From positions 1 through 51,296 of IMG/VR virus record IMGVR_UViG_3300044675_001281: DNA of 51,296 bases; one strand, given 5' to 3'. Source of the stretch: a virus. Lineage: Duplodnaviria; Caudoviricetes. A program made the translations under genes and the position numbers. The notes under the pieces are model-generated. The model saw only the letters and a list, made by a program, of their open reading frames with translations. It did not search any database and was not told where the DNA came from. This document shows positions 1-7,570 of this stretch, piece by piece (the first letter of the stretch is position 1; the number at the start of each line of letters is the position of its first letter).

Positions 1-1
1 T

Positions 2-1777
2 ATCGTTAGACACATCGAATACCTTTCCGACGCGGACGTTGCATATGATACCGCGTGCGACAATCAAGTTACCTACGGAGAAGGTTATATCCGAATCCTT
101 ACGGAATATTGCCGCGAAGATTCGTTCGACCAAGACCTAAAAATCGGTCGCGTCCGTAACAGCTTCAGCGTTTATATGGATCCAATGATCCACGATCCCT
201 GCGGATCAGACGCCGAATGGTGCTTCATAACCGAAGACATTCCTAAAGAAGAATATGAGCGCCTGTATCCAGACGCGCTGCCTATTAGCGTAATGATGTC
301 ACAAGGCGTTGGCGATCAGTCTCTTAGCATGTGGATGAGCCAGGAAACCGTCCGTATCGCTGAGTATTTCTACATCGACCATCAGAAGAAAAAGCTCAAT
401 CTCTACCCCGATAATATAACGGCTTTTGAGGGTTCGCCACAGGACAAACAGCTCAAGGCTATGTTTGGCAAGCCGCTGAAGTCACGCACTAGCGAGCATC
501 GTCAGGTTAAATGGCTGAAGACGAACGGCTTTGAGGTGTTAGAGGAACGCGACTGGGCGGGTAATTATATACCGGTCATACGCGTGGTGGGCAACGAGTT
601 TGAGGTAGACGGTCAGCTCTACATCAGCGGTCTAGTGCGTAACGCGAAAGACGCGCAGCGCATGTATAACTACTGGGTCAGCCAGGAAGCAGAAATGCTG
701 GCGCTGGCTCCGAAAGCGCCATTTATCGGATATGGGGGTCAGTTTGAAGGATACGAAACAAACTGGAAAACCGCCAATACGAACAACTGGCCTTATCTCG
801 AAGTCAACCCAGACGTCACTGACGGCGCAGGATCTCCTCTGCCATTACCTGAACGCGCGCAGCCACCTATGGCTCAAACCGGCCTTATCCAGGCAAAAGT
901 GGGCGCTGGCGAAGATATCAAAGCAACCACGGGTCAATACGACAGTTCGATTGGTGCGACCAGTAACGAGAGGACGGGTCGTGCGATTCTGGCTCGGCAA
1001 AACCAGGGCGATACATCCACATATCACTACGTGGACAATCTCGCGCGAGCGGTTCGATATACGACAAGACAGCTAGTCGATCTGATCCCTAAGATCTACG
1101 ACACGGAGCGCGTGGCACGCATCGTCGGACTCGACGGCGAAGTGGATATGGTGAAGATCAATCCAAACCAGCCGGAGCCAGTCCGCGTCATCAAGGATCC
1201 AATCACAGGTTTGGACATTGAGAAGATCTACAACCCGTCGATTGGTATCTACGACGTAGTAGTCACGACAGGCCCAAGCTACGCGACCAAGCGCCAAGAA
1301 GCGATGGAAGCGATGCAGATGATCTTGCAGACCAACCCGCAGCTCTGGGCTGTGGCGGGCGATCTGTTCATTAAGAACATGGACTGGCCAGGGGCGCAGG
1401 AGATGGCGGCGCGGTTCGCCAAGACGCTCGATCCGAAGGTTCTTGACCAGACTGATGAGTCGCCAGAAGCGCAGATGATGCGCGCTCAAATGAACGACAT
1501 GGCGAACCAGATGGAACAGACTGCGGCTCTGGTTCAGCAACTGCAACAGTCTTATGATATGCAGAAACTGGCGATTGATGAACAGAACACGCAGATCAAG
1601 GCGTATGACGCTGAAACGAAACGCATACAGGCCACGTCTGCAAACATGACACCTGAACAAATACAGGATATTGTCATGGGAACGGTCGCGGCGGCGATGG
1701 ATACGGGCGATCTTGTGCGCGGAAATGAGCCTTTACGGCAAGAGCAACAACCAATGTTACCAGGATTAGGCCAATGA
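2..1777 (+). CDS. Portal protein, P22 gp1-like, allele A (5'-truncated by window start)
   Basis: Open frame from base 2, collinear with the full 714-aa portal at 37686-39830 (offset 38,053). Motifs GLVRNAKDAQRMYNYW, GxYDVVVTTGPSYATKRQEA and a Q/M-rich C-terminal coil are typical of P22-like portals. Confidence 0.92.
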   Translation: MVRHIEYLSDADVAYDTACDNQVTYGEGYIRILTEYCREDSFDQDLKIGRVRNSFSVYMDPMIHDPCGSDAEWCFITEDIPKEEYERLYPDALPISVMMSQGVGDQSLSMWMSQETVRIAEYFYIDHQKKKLNLYPDNITAFEGSPQDKQLKAMFGKPLKSRTSEHRQVKWLKTNGFEVLEERDWAGNYIPVIRVVGNEFEVDGQLYISGLVRNAKDAQRMYNYWVSQEAEMLALAPKAPFIGYGGQFEGYETNWKTANTNNWPYLEVNPDVTDGAGSPLPLPERAQPPMAQTGLIQAKVGAGEDIKATTGQYDSSIGATSNERTGRAILARQNQGDTSTYHYVDNLARAVRYTTRQLVDLIPKIYDTERVARIVGLDGEVDMVKINPNQPEPVRVIKDPITGLDIEKIYNPSIGIYDVVVTTGPSYATKRQEAMEAMQMILQTNPQLWAVAGDLFIKNMDWPGAQEMAARFAKTLDPKVLDQTDESPEAQMMRAQMNDMANQMEQTAALVQQLQQSYDMQKLAIDEQNTQIKAYDAETKRIQATSANMTPEQIQDIVMGTVAAAMDTGDLVRGNEPLRQEQQPMLPGLGQ

Positions 1778-2136
1778 GCTGCGCGGATCTAATAGGACAT
1801 CTGTTTCTAGCCCGCGACGTGACGCATAGCGTGCATCTGAACACGCGATCTTATGCGAAACATAAGGCTCTGGGTAAGTTTTATGAGAATATTATCGGTT
1901 TAGCTGACGATTTAGCCGAAGCCTACCAAGGTAGACACGGTCTAATCGGCCCAATTACGCTCCATTCGGCTAAAAAAACGACAAATGTGACAGAATTTCT
2001 CGAAGATTCGCTGAAAGATGTTGAGGAATTGCGGTATAAGGTCTGTGCGAAGGACGATACGGCGATTCAGAACATTATCGACGAGATTATAGGTCTGTAT
2101 CTCAGCACTTTGTATAAACTCAAATTTTTGGCTTAA
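1774..2136 (+). CDS. Ferritin/Dps-like small helical protein (DUF5856-like), allele A
   Basis: HSVHLNTRSYAKHKALGKFYENIIGLADDLAEAYQG resembles the Dps/ferritin HxxxH...D..AE ligand pattern. ATGA overlap with the portal stop. Homolog at 40299-40670. Confidence 0.7.
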   Translation: MSCADLIGHLFLARDVTHSVHLNTRSYAKHKALGKFYENIIGLADDLAEAYQGRHGLIGPITLHSAKKTTNVTEFLEDSLKDVEELRYKVCAKDDTAIQNIIDEIIGLYLSTLYKLKFLA

Positions 2137-2139
2137 GTC

Positions 2140-2544
2140 ATGCCGACAGTAAGCTATAATAAGTTCCAGCCTGCCATTGAGAACCTGTTTGAGAACATCA
2201 ATGCAGGATCTGACTCATGGGCTATCAAGCTCGCCACAGGTGTGAACGCTGCGGCGGGCACAATTACTGAAGTCGCCAACGGTAATGGCTATACGACGGG
2301 CGGCAACGCGGCCACTGTTACGTCAGCCTCGCAGACCGGCGGCACATTTAAGCTCGTTTTAGGCAGTCCGACCACATGGACGGCTACGGGCGCGGGGTTT
2401 TCATTTCAATATGCGGTTCTTGTAGACACAACGACGAGCACGAACGTCGCATACTGGGATTATGGATCTAGTCAGGCGGTGGCCGCAGGCGAAACAGTTA
2501 CGGTAACGCTTGATGCTGTGAACGGCGTATTTCAGGCGACATAA
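2140..2544 (+). CDS. Putative virion structural protein (allele A only)
   Basis: 134 aa, T/G/A-rich and beta-type (GNGYTTGG, YWDYGSS). Starts 3 nt after the upstream stop. Confidence 0.6.
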   Translation: MPTVSYNKFQPAIENLFENINAGSDSWAIKLATGVNAAAGTITEVANGNGYTTGGNAATVTSASQTGGTFKLVLGSPTTWTATGAGFSFQYAVLVDTTTSTNVAYWDYGSSQAVAAGETVTVTLDAVNGVFQAT

Positions 2545-2891
2545 TGTCCGACAATCTGCTACTTTTAACGGAAGGTGGCGATTACCTTGTTACGGAATCC
2601 GGCGAGTATATCATCGCTGTCGTTCAGTATCAGATAACCTCGATTAATGGGACATATACGGTTGCTGGTCAGACAGCCAATTTATTGAAAAGTAAGGTGT
2701 TATCTGCTAGTTATGGAACGTATAGTTTAACAGGTCAAAATATAGTTATAACGCATGGGTATGAATTTCTGGCTTCAAATGGCCTCTATTCATTAACTGG
2801 CAATGATGCTACGATTACGTATGTTGCACAAACTAGTGTAAGTCAGCTATACGTAGAACTTAGGTCGTTCACGGAACGAAGGAGAATGTGA
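2544..2891 (+). CDS. Putative structural/adaptor protein with N-terminal LxTExG repeat (allele A only)
   Basis: TAATG coupling. N-terminal LLTEGGDYLVTESGEYI, then three G(T/L)Y(T/S)(V/L)xGQ/N repeats. Confidence 0.55.
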   Translation: MSDNLLLLTEGGDYLVTESGEYIIAVVQYQITSINGTYTVAGQTANLLKSKVLSASYGTYSLTGQNIVITHGYEFLASNGLYSLTGNDATITYVAQTSVSQLYVELRSFTERRRM

Positions 2892-3200
2892 GTGGCTACT
2901 ACCCTAAAAGCTATTACCTCTTGCTTGGGGTATCAGCAAATCACGTCTTTAAGCTCTGCTTCAGGTTTAACTGTCCCCACGTCAGATCCTACTACAGGGC
3001 TGACAGTAAAAGCTAATTTTGCGCTAATTACTCCTGAGACAAACGCTGTCCGCTGGCGCGACGACGGCACGGCTCCTACGGCTTCGGTTGGTATGCCTCT
3101 GGCTGCGGGCGTGACGCTTCAATATGACGGCGATCTGAGCAAGATCAAGTTTATTGAACAGACAGCCAGCGCCAAACTTAACATTAGTTATTACGTCTGA
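2892..3200 (+). CDS. Putative structural protein (allele A only)
   Basis: GTG start with GGAG RBS. 102 aa containing VRWRDDGTAPTASVGMPL, a motif familiar from uncultured phage head-region genes. Confidence 0.6.
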   Translation: MATTLKAITSCLGYQQITSLSSASGLTVPTSDPTTGLTVKANFALITPETNAVRWRDDGTAPTASVGMPLAAGVTLQYDGDLSKIKFIEQTASAKLNISYYV

Positions 3201-3207
3201 GGCTGAT

Positions 3208-3696
3208 ATGAACATTTCAAACGACGCACCGTCAATGGATTACGTCCAGTATTTTACGAAGCAGCTTCCTAAAGATTTGGCTCAAATGGCTGAGTTACGG
3301 GATGAGCTTGCAAAACGTCAGGGCGCGTTAGGCGCGACTGAAGCAGCGCTTGCTGATCGTGAGAAGGCTAAAGAAGAGCTGGCTAACGCTAAGTTGCAGG
3401 CAGCGACGATCTTGTCCGATGCGGACAAGAAGAACATTGACGCAAACAGCAAAAAGGCTGATTTGGTCGCCCGTGAAAAGATACTCGAAGATAAAGAAGC
3501 CGCCGCTGATAAGGCTCTGAAAGCCCGCGAAGCTGCGGTCGCAACGGCTGAGAAGGCTATTGCACAGCGCGAGTCGGCAGCGGCTGACCAAGAAATTAAG
3601 CTGGCTGCACTTGCAGTTAAACTTGACTCGGATCGACGAGCGTTGGACGAACGGATCAAGGCTTTTCAGGCCAAAGTCGCGGCGATTAATGTCTAA
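3208..3696 (+). CDS. Coiled-coil protein (allele A only)
   Basis: ATG at 3208 after GAGG. The A/E/K-rich heptad sequence runs through most of its 162 aa. Confidence 0.65.
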   Translation: MNISNDAPSMDYVQYFTKQLPKDLAQMAELRDELAKRQGALGATEAALADREKAKEELANAKLQAATILSDADKKNIDANSKKADLVAREKILEDKEAAADKALKAREAAVATAEKAIAQRESAAADQEIKLAALAVKLDSDRRALDERIKAFQAKVAAINV

Positions 3697-3707
3697 GGAC
3701 TGAATAA

Positions 3708-4346
3708 ATGGCCGACATTAAAATATCCCAACTTCCTACCGCTAACACACCGTTAGATGGCACGGAAGTTCTACCGATTGTTCAGTCTACAACGACTAAA
3801 AAAGTTGCTATTTCTGATGTAACTGCCGGTCGTGCTATAGCTGCGACAAGTCTGACGTTATCGACGCCTTTAGCGGTTACGAGCGGCGGTAGCGGGACTG
3901 GGACGGCGTTTACTACGGGATCTTTTGTGTTCGCCGGAGCGGCGGGCGTCTATTCGCAAAATAATGCACGGTTATACTGGGATAATACTAATTTTCGTGT
4001 TGGCATTAACACCAACACACCGGCTGTATCATTAGCGATCAGCAACACGGATGCTATTCTTGTTCCTGTTGGAACGACGGGCGAACGCCCTGCCGGTGCG
4101 GCAGGGTATATTCGGTTTAATACGTCAATCACAGGCTTTGAAGGTTACGACGGCACGAACTGGCGTAGTGTCGGCGGCGGCGCGTCAGGCGGCGGCACGA
4201 ACCAGATCTTTTATACAAACGACCAGCAAGTTACGAACAATTATACTTTGATTTCTACCAAGAACGCAGGCACTTTCGGCCCAGTCACAATCAATGACAC
4301 CATAGTCGTCACTGTTGAGTCTGGCGCAACTTGGACGGTGGTATAG
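3708..4346 (+). CDS. Fibre protein, proximal segment (allele A only)
   Basis: Starts MADIKISQLP. Contains VPVGTTGERP...GYIRFNT..GFEGYDGTNW (T4/cyanophage-fibre-like motif) and ends VESGATWTVV. Confidence 0.7.
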   Translation: MADIKISQLPTANTPLDGTEVLPIVQSTTTKKVAISDVTAGRAIAATSLTLSTPLAVTSGGSGTGTAFTTGSFVFAGAAGVYSQNNARLYWDNTNFRVGINTNTPAVSLAISNTDAILVPVGTTGERPAGAAGYIRFNTSITGFEGYDGTNWRSVGGGASGGGTNQIFYTNDQQVTNNYTLISTKNAGTFGPVTINDTIVVTVESGATWTVV

Positions 4347-4347
4347 T

Positions 4348-4566
4348 ATGGGTGATTTAGTCCTCAAAGGCGCAACATCTGGTCAGATTACGGTCACACC
4401 AACGGCTGTGGCTGGCACGAACACACTGACGCTGCCAGCGGCTACAGGGACGGTATTAGCGTCAACAGCTGTAAGTGCATCAACAACAAATACGGTCACA
4501 AACAAAATAGCCGTTAACATTGGCGGAACGACATATTATTTGCTTGTTTCGACATCAGGAACGTAA
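4348..4566 (+). CDS. Short fibre-module protein (allele A only)
   Basis: ATG 1 nt after the upstream stop. 72 aa with GATSGQITVTPTAVAGTNTLTLPAATGT, similar to internal repeats of the 1067-aa fibre. Confidence 0.6.
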   Translation: MGDLVLKGATSGQITVTPTAVAGTNTLTLPAATGTVLASTAVSASTTNTVTNKIAVNIGGTTYYLLVSTSGT

Positions 4567-4568
4567 TC

Positions 4569-4619
4569 ATGGTTGAACATCCAGATTACCCACAGCCTAC
4601 AGATGAGGAATTGAAATAA
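4569..4619 (+). pseudogene. 16-codon remnant of an XkdW-like fibre-associated gene (MVEHPDYPQPTDEELK)
   Basis: Translated by hand. Matches the C-terminus WEHPTYPRPTDEQL of 5266-5448. Its stop overlaps the next ATG (TAATG). Confidence 0.55.
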
Positions 4620-5266
4620 TGCCCATCATTCTTGACGGCACAAAGGGCGAGACGTTCCCGACATGGACGACAGGCACGCGCCCTGCCACGCCTAATGCTG
4701 GGCAAACTGGCTATAACTCCACGTTAGCTACGCTTGAGCGGTATAATGGCACGACATGGGGGCCAGTAGTAACGACATCGGACACCGGGACTGTTACGCA
4801 GACGATGCTAGGAACTAATGTTGCTGGTAATGGACCTGCGTTTTATGCGTATTCGACTGGAACTCAGTCTATAACGAGCGCTACAGATACAAAGGTGCAG
4901 TTGCCTACTAAATTGTTTGATACAAACAACAATTTTGATAATACGACAAATTATAGATTTACACCAACTGTTGCCGGTTATTATCAGATAAATGTCGGTA
5001 TTAGGTTTTCAGGAACTACTAGTGGGTATGCGCTTTTGCAACTTAATAAGTATAACGGAAGCAGTAGTTCTATCTATAGAATGGGACAAGCGTTTAACAC
5101 TCCTTCAACTTTTTCAATTCTTACACTGTCTGATGTAATACTACTGAACGGCTCAACTGAAGGCGTTGAGCTTTATGCTAATATAACCGGAACTTCTTTA
5201 GCTTTGGATTCTTCTTCTGCTAACGTCGGATGCTTTATGAGTGGTTCTTTAGTGAGGGCCGCATAA
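4619..5266 (+). CDS. Fibre/receptor-binding protein with C1q/TNF-like C-terminal domain (allele A only)
   Basis: WTTGTRP...GYNSTL..LE.YNGTTW shaft motif, followed by PAFYAY...FDTNNNFD...YRFTPTVAGYYQIN...FMSGSLV. Confidence 0.7.
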   Translation: MPIILDGTKGETFPTWTTGTRPATPNAGQTGYNSTLATLERYNGTTWGPVVTTSDTGTVTQTMLGTNVAGNGPAFYAYSTGTQSITSATDTKVQLPTKLFDTNNNFDNTTNYRFTPTVAGYYQINVGIRFSGTTSGYALLQLNKYNGSSSSIYRMGQAFNTPSTFSILTLSDVILLNGSTEGVELYANITGTSLALDSSSANVGCFMSGSLVRAA

Positions 5267-5448
5267 TGACATTAATAGAAAAAATTAAAACACTTTATCC
5301 CACTCTTACGGATGAAGATTTTTCTCGTTTGTTTTCTGGGACAATTCTCCTTCAAAACGACAGCGACGGACGCGGCGATTATATCGCCAAGTGGGAACAC
5401 CCTACATATCCTCGTCCGACTGACGAGCAGCTTGCAGGAATTGCATAA
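5266..5448 (+). CDS. XkdW-like small fibre-associated/chaperone protein (allele A only)
   Basis: TAATG-coupled start at 5266. IKTLYP..DF...LQNDSDGRGDYIAKWEHPTYPRPT is an XkdW-like pattern. Confidence 0.6.
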   Translation: MTLIEKIKTLYPTLTDEDFSRLFSGTILLQNDSDGRGDYIAKWEHPTYPRPTDEQLAGIA

Positions 5449-6476
5449 TGGCCGCTACACTTAAATGCGATACGATCCAGAACGCTGCCAGCACGAACCC
5501 TAACATTACGTTAGATGGCTCTGCCAACGCGACGGTCGGCGGCACGTTGGCGATGGGCAGCAGCTTCAAGCGCAATAAATTAATAAATGGCGATATGGGC
5601 GTCTATCAGCGCGGTTCTGTAGCAGCTACGACTGCTGGCGCATATACTTTAGACCGTTGGTTTGTGACGCCTACGGGCGCAACTGTTACGGTTACGCAAA
5701 GCACCACAACCGTTCCGACTGGATTTGTAGATAGCTTAAATGTCGCTGGCGCTGCGTCTGTTACCAACGTCGCTGTGTATCAGCGCATTGAAAGCGTTAA
5801 TACGGCAGACTTGGCTAGTGGCGTTCAAGTTACGGTATCTGGTCGTATTTATCAAAGCACTGGTTCGGCAGTTACGACTGCAACGATTGCGCTTGCTGCG
5901 CCGACTGCGCTGGACAATTACACGTCTACCACATCGGCTGCTACTACTTACACAATACCAAGTATTGCTAACGCCACTTGGACGACGTTCAGCAATACAT
6001 TCACGCTGACAACAAGCTGCGTGAATGGCCTGCAAGTTACTATTGCGCTTGGCACAGGGCTTACAACTGGGTCGTTCAACCTTACCGGCGTCCAACTAGA
6101 AGTCGGCTCAGTCGCCACTCCGTATGAGAGGCAGATTTACTCCGATCAGTTGGCGCAATGTCAAAGATATTATCAGATAACAGCTCAACTTTCTGGCGCA
6201 ACTCCTTCAGCAACAACTGTGAATGCTTGGGGGACAATATCACCAACCATGAGGGTTGCGCCCACACTTGGGCAAACAGGAGTTTTAAATTTTCAAGGTG
6301 ATGGCACTAATAACGCAAATCAATCAGCTACGGGGCTAGGGTCAAATTTCTCCACCGCATATGCAATACTTCTTCTAGGAGTACCTAATTTTGCTGGTTT
6401 TACTACAGCAAGACCGGGAACCTTGGCTGTCCCTGGAAGTAACTCAAATTACATAACAATGTCTGCGGAGCTATAG
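5448..6476 (+). CDS. Fibre tip/receptor-binding protein, allele A (342 aa)
   Basis: RNKLINGDM...QR...DRW...VQLEVGSVATPYERQ...CQRYY carbohydrate-binding-like domain. The last about 107 aa are identical to the 1067-aa fibre. Confidence 0.75.
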   Translation: MAATLKCDTIQNAASTNPNITLDGSANATVGGTLAMGSSFKRNKLINGDMGVYQRGSVAATTAGAYTLDRWFVTPTGATVTVTQSTTTVPTGFVDSLNVAGAASVTNVAVYQRIESVNTADLASGVQVTVSGRIYQSTGSAVTTATIALAAPTALDNYTSTTSAATTYTIPSIANATWTTFSNTFTLTTSCVNGLQVTIALGTGLTTGSFNLTGVQLEVGSVATPYERQIYSDQLAQCQRYYQITAQLSGATPSATTVNAWGTISPTMRVAPTLGQTGVLNFQGDGTNNANQSATGLGSNFSTAYAILLLGVPNFAGFTTARPGTLAVPGSNSNYITMSAEL

Positions 6477-6710
6477 ATGACATATACACTTACATTGAAT
6501 AGCTCAGTTACCCGCGATGCTGATGGCGCGTCTATTCCTGCCGACGAAGCCAATACAGACTATCAAGCCTATCTCGCTTGGGTAGCTGAAGGCAACGCGC
6601 CTAACCCATACGTCCCGCCGCCAGAACCAGCACCGCTAACGCCACAAGAGAAACTTGCGGCGGCGGGGCTAACGGTAGATGAATTAAAGACACTACTGGG
6701 TATTAGTTGA
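6477..6710 (+). CDS. Tail-fibre assembly/chaperone-like protein
   Basis: SIPADEANTDYQAYLAWVAEGN motif, commonly found directly after phage fibre genes. Confidence 0.65.
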   Translation: MTYTLTLNSSVTRDADGASIPADEANTDYQAYLAWVAEGNAPNPYVPPPEPAPLTPQEKLAAAGLTVDELKTLLGIS

Positions 6711-6764
6711 CGATCAGACGCCTAAAGAGTAATAATACAGGTTACCGACTAGCCGGATAGCTAG
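6707..6764 (+). promoter_or_regulatory. Putative sigma70-like promoter and leader hairpin upstream of scaffold gene
   Basis: TTGACG (6707-6712)-N17-TAATAA (6730-6735). CTAGC-cggata-GCTAG hairpin at 6749-6764, before the AGGAGG RBS. Confidence 0.4.
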
Positions 6765-6780
6765 GAAGATAGGAGGTCGC

Positions 6781-7563
6781 GTGAGCGACGAGGATCTCGC
6801 TACAGCGGAGATAAGCACCGCGCCAGAGTTGGAAGCTACGGTGGCCCCAACGACTGAGGAAAATAAACCGGAAGAACAGCCGCCCGAAAAGATGTTCACT
6901 CAAAAAGAGTTGGACGCTCTGATCGACAAGCGGTTTCGCAAAGAGAAGCTGAATGCGGCTAAAGCAGCCCAAGAGTTAGCTCAACTTCAGGCAGAATTGC
7001 AGGCTAAAGCTGCGACTCCGCCAGCGCCAGATGACTTTGAGAACGCTCAAGCCTATGCGGAAGCATTGGCGGAGCAAAAAGCTCAACAGCTTCTAGCGCG
7101 AAGAGAAGCAGAGCGACAACAAACGGCTGTTCTTGAGGCATATCAAGACCGTGAAGAAGATGCTCGGAGCAAGTATGATGACTTTGAACAGGTCGCATAC
7201 AACCCGAATCTTCCCGTAACGGACTATATGGCTCAAGCGATACAGGCGTCCGATATTGGCCCCGAAGTGATCTATCACTTAGGGTCTAATCCTAAAGAAG
7301 CCCATCGAATAGCCAATTTGCCGCCGATCTTGCAAGCAAAGGAGATCGGTAGAATCGAGGCCAAACTGGCTTCTGATCCGCCGACAAAACGCACTTCAAC
7401 TGCGCCAGCTCCTCTTGCTCCTGTCACGGCTACTCGGTCAAGCTCCGGCCCTAGATATGATACGACAGACCCTCGGTCACTGAAGTCGATGTCAACGTCA
7501 GAATGGATTGAAGCCGAACGGTTGCGACAGATCAAGAAGTGGGAAGCGCAAAACCGTAGGTAA
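6781..7563 (+). CDS. Capsid scaffolding protein
   Basis: Lies directly upstream of the coat gene. Acidic N-terminus, coiled coil, GPEVIYHLGSNP...EIGRIEAKL and a Pro-rich C-terminus. AGGAGG RBS. Confidence 0.85.
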   Translation: MSDEDLATAEISTAPELEATVAPTTEENKPEEQPPEKMFTQKELDALIDKRFRKEKLNAAKAAQELAQLQAELQAKAATPPAPDDFENAQAYAEALAEQKAQQLLARREAERQQTAVLEAYQDREEDARSKYDDFEQVAYNPNLPVTDYMAQAIQASDIGPEVIYHLGSNPKEAHRIANLPPILQAKEIGRIEAKLASDPPTKRTSTAPAPLAPVTATRSSSGPRYDTTDPRSLKSMSTSEWIEAERLRQIKKWEAQNRR

Positions 7564-7570
7564 TTAAATC

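Noticed and set aside
1073-1660. Long antisense ORFs (e.g. 1073-1660, 7586-8014, 26342-26998, 41546-41998, 42671-43150)
   Set aside because: They are shadows of well-supported sense genes with biased codons and lack RBSs or motifs. The 1073-1660 ORF is not kept at the same length in allele B.
2140-6154. Invertase/shufflon-driven fibre switching
   Set aside because: No serine or tyrosine recombinase is recognisable. The alleles are in direct orientation one genome length apart, with no inverted crossover sites.
5448-6476. Diversity-generating retroelement (TR/VR pair) in the fibre tips
   Set aside because: No reverse transcriptase ORF. The shared 3' ends are identical and part of the 7.5-kb repeat, and nearby mismatches (6129, 6137, 6146, 6154) are not adenine-specific.
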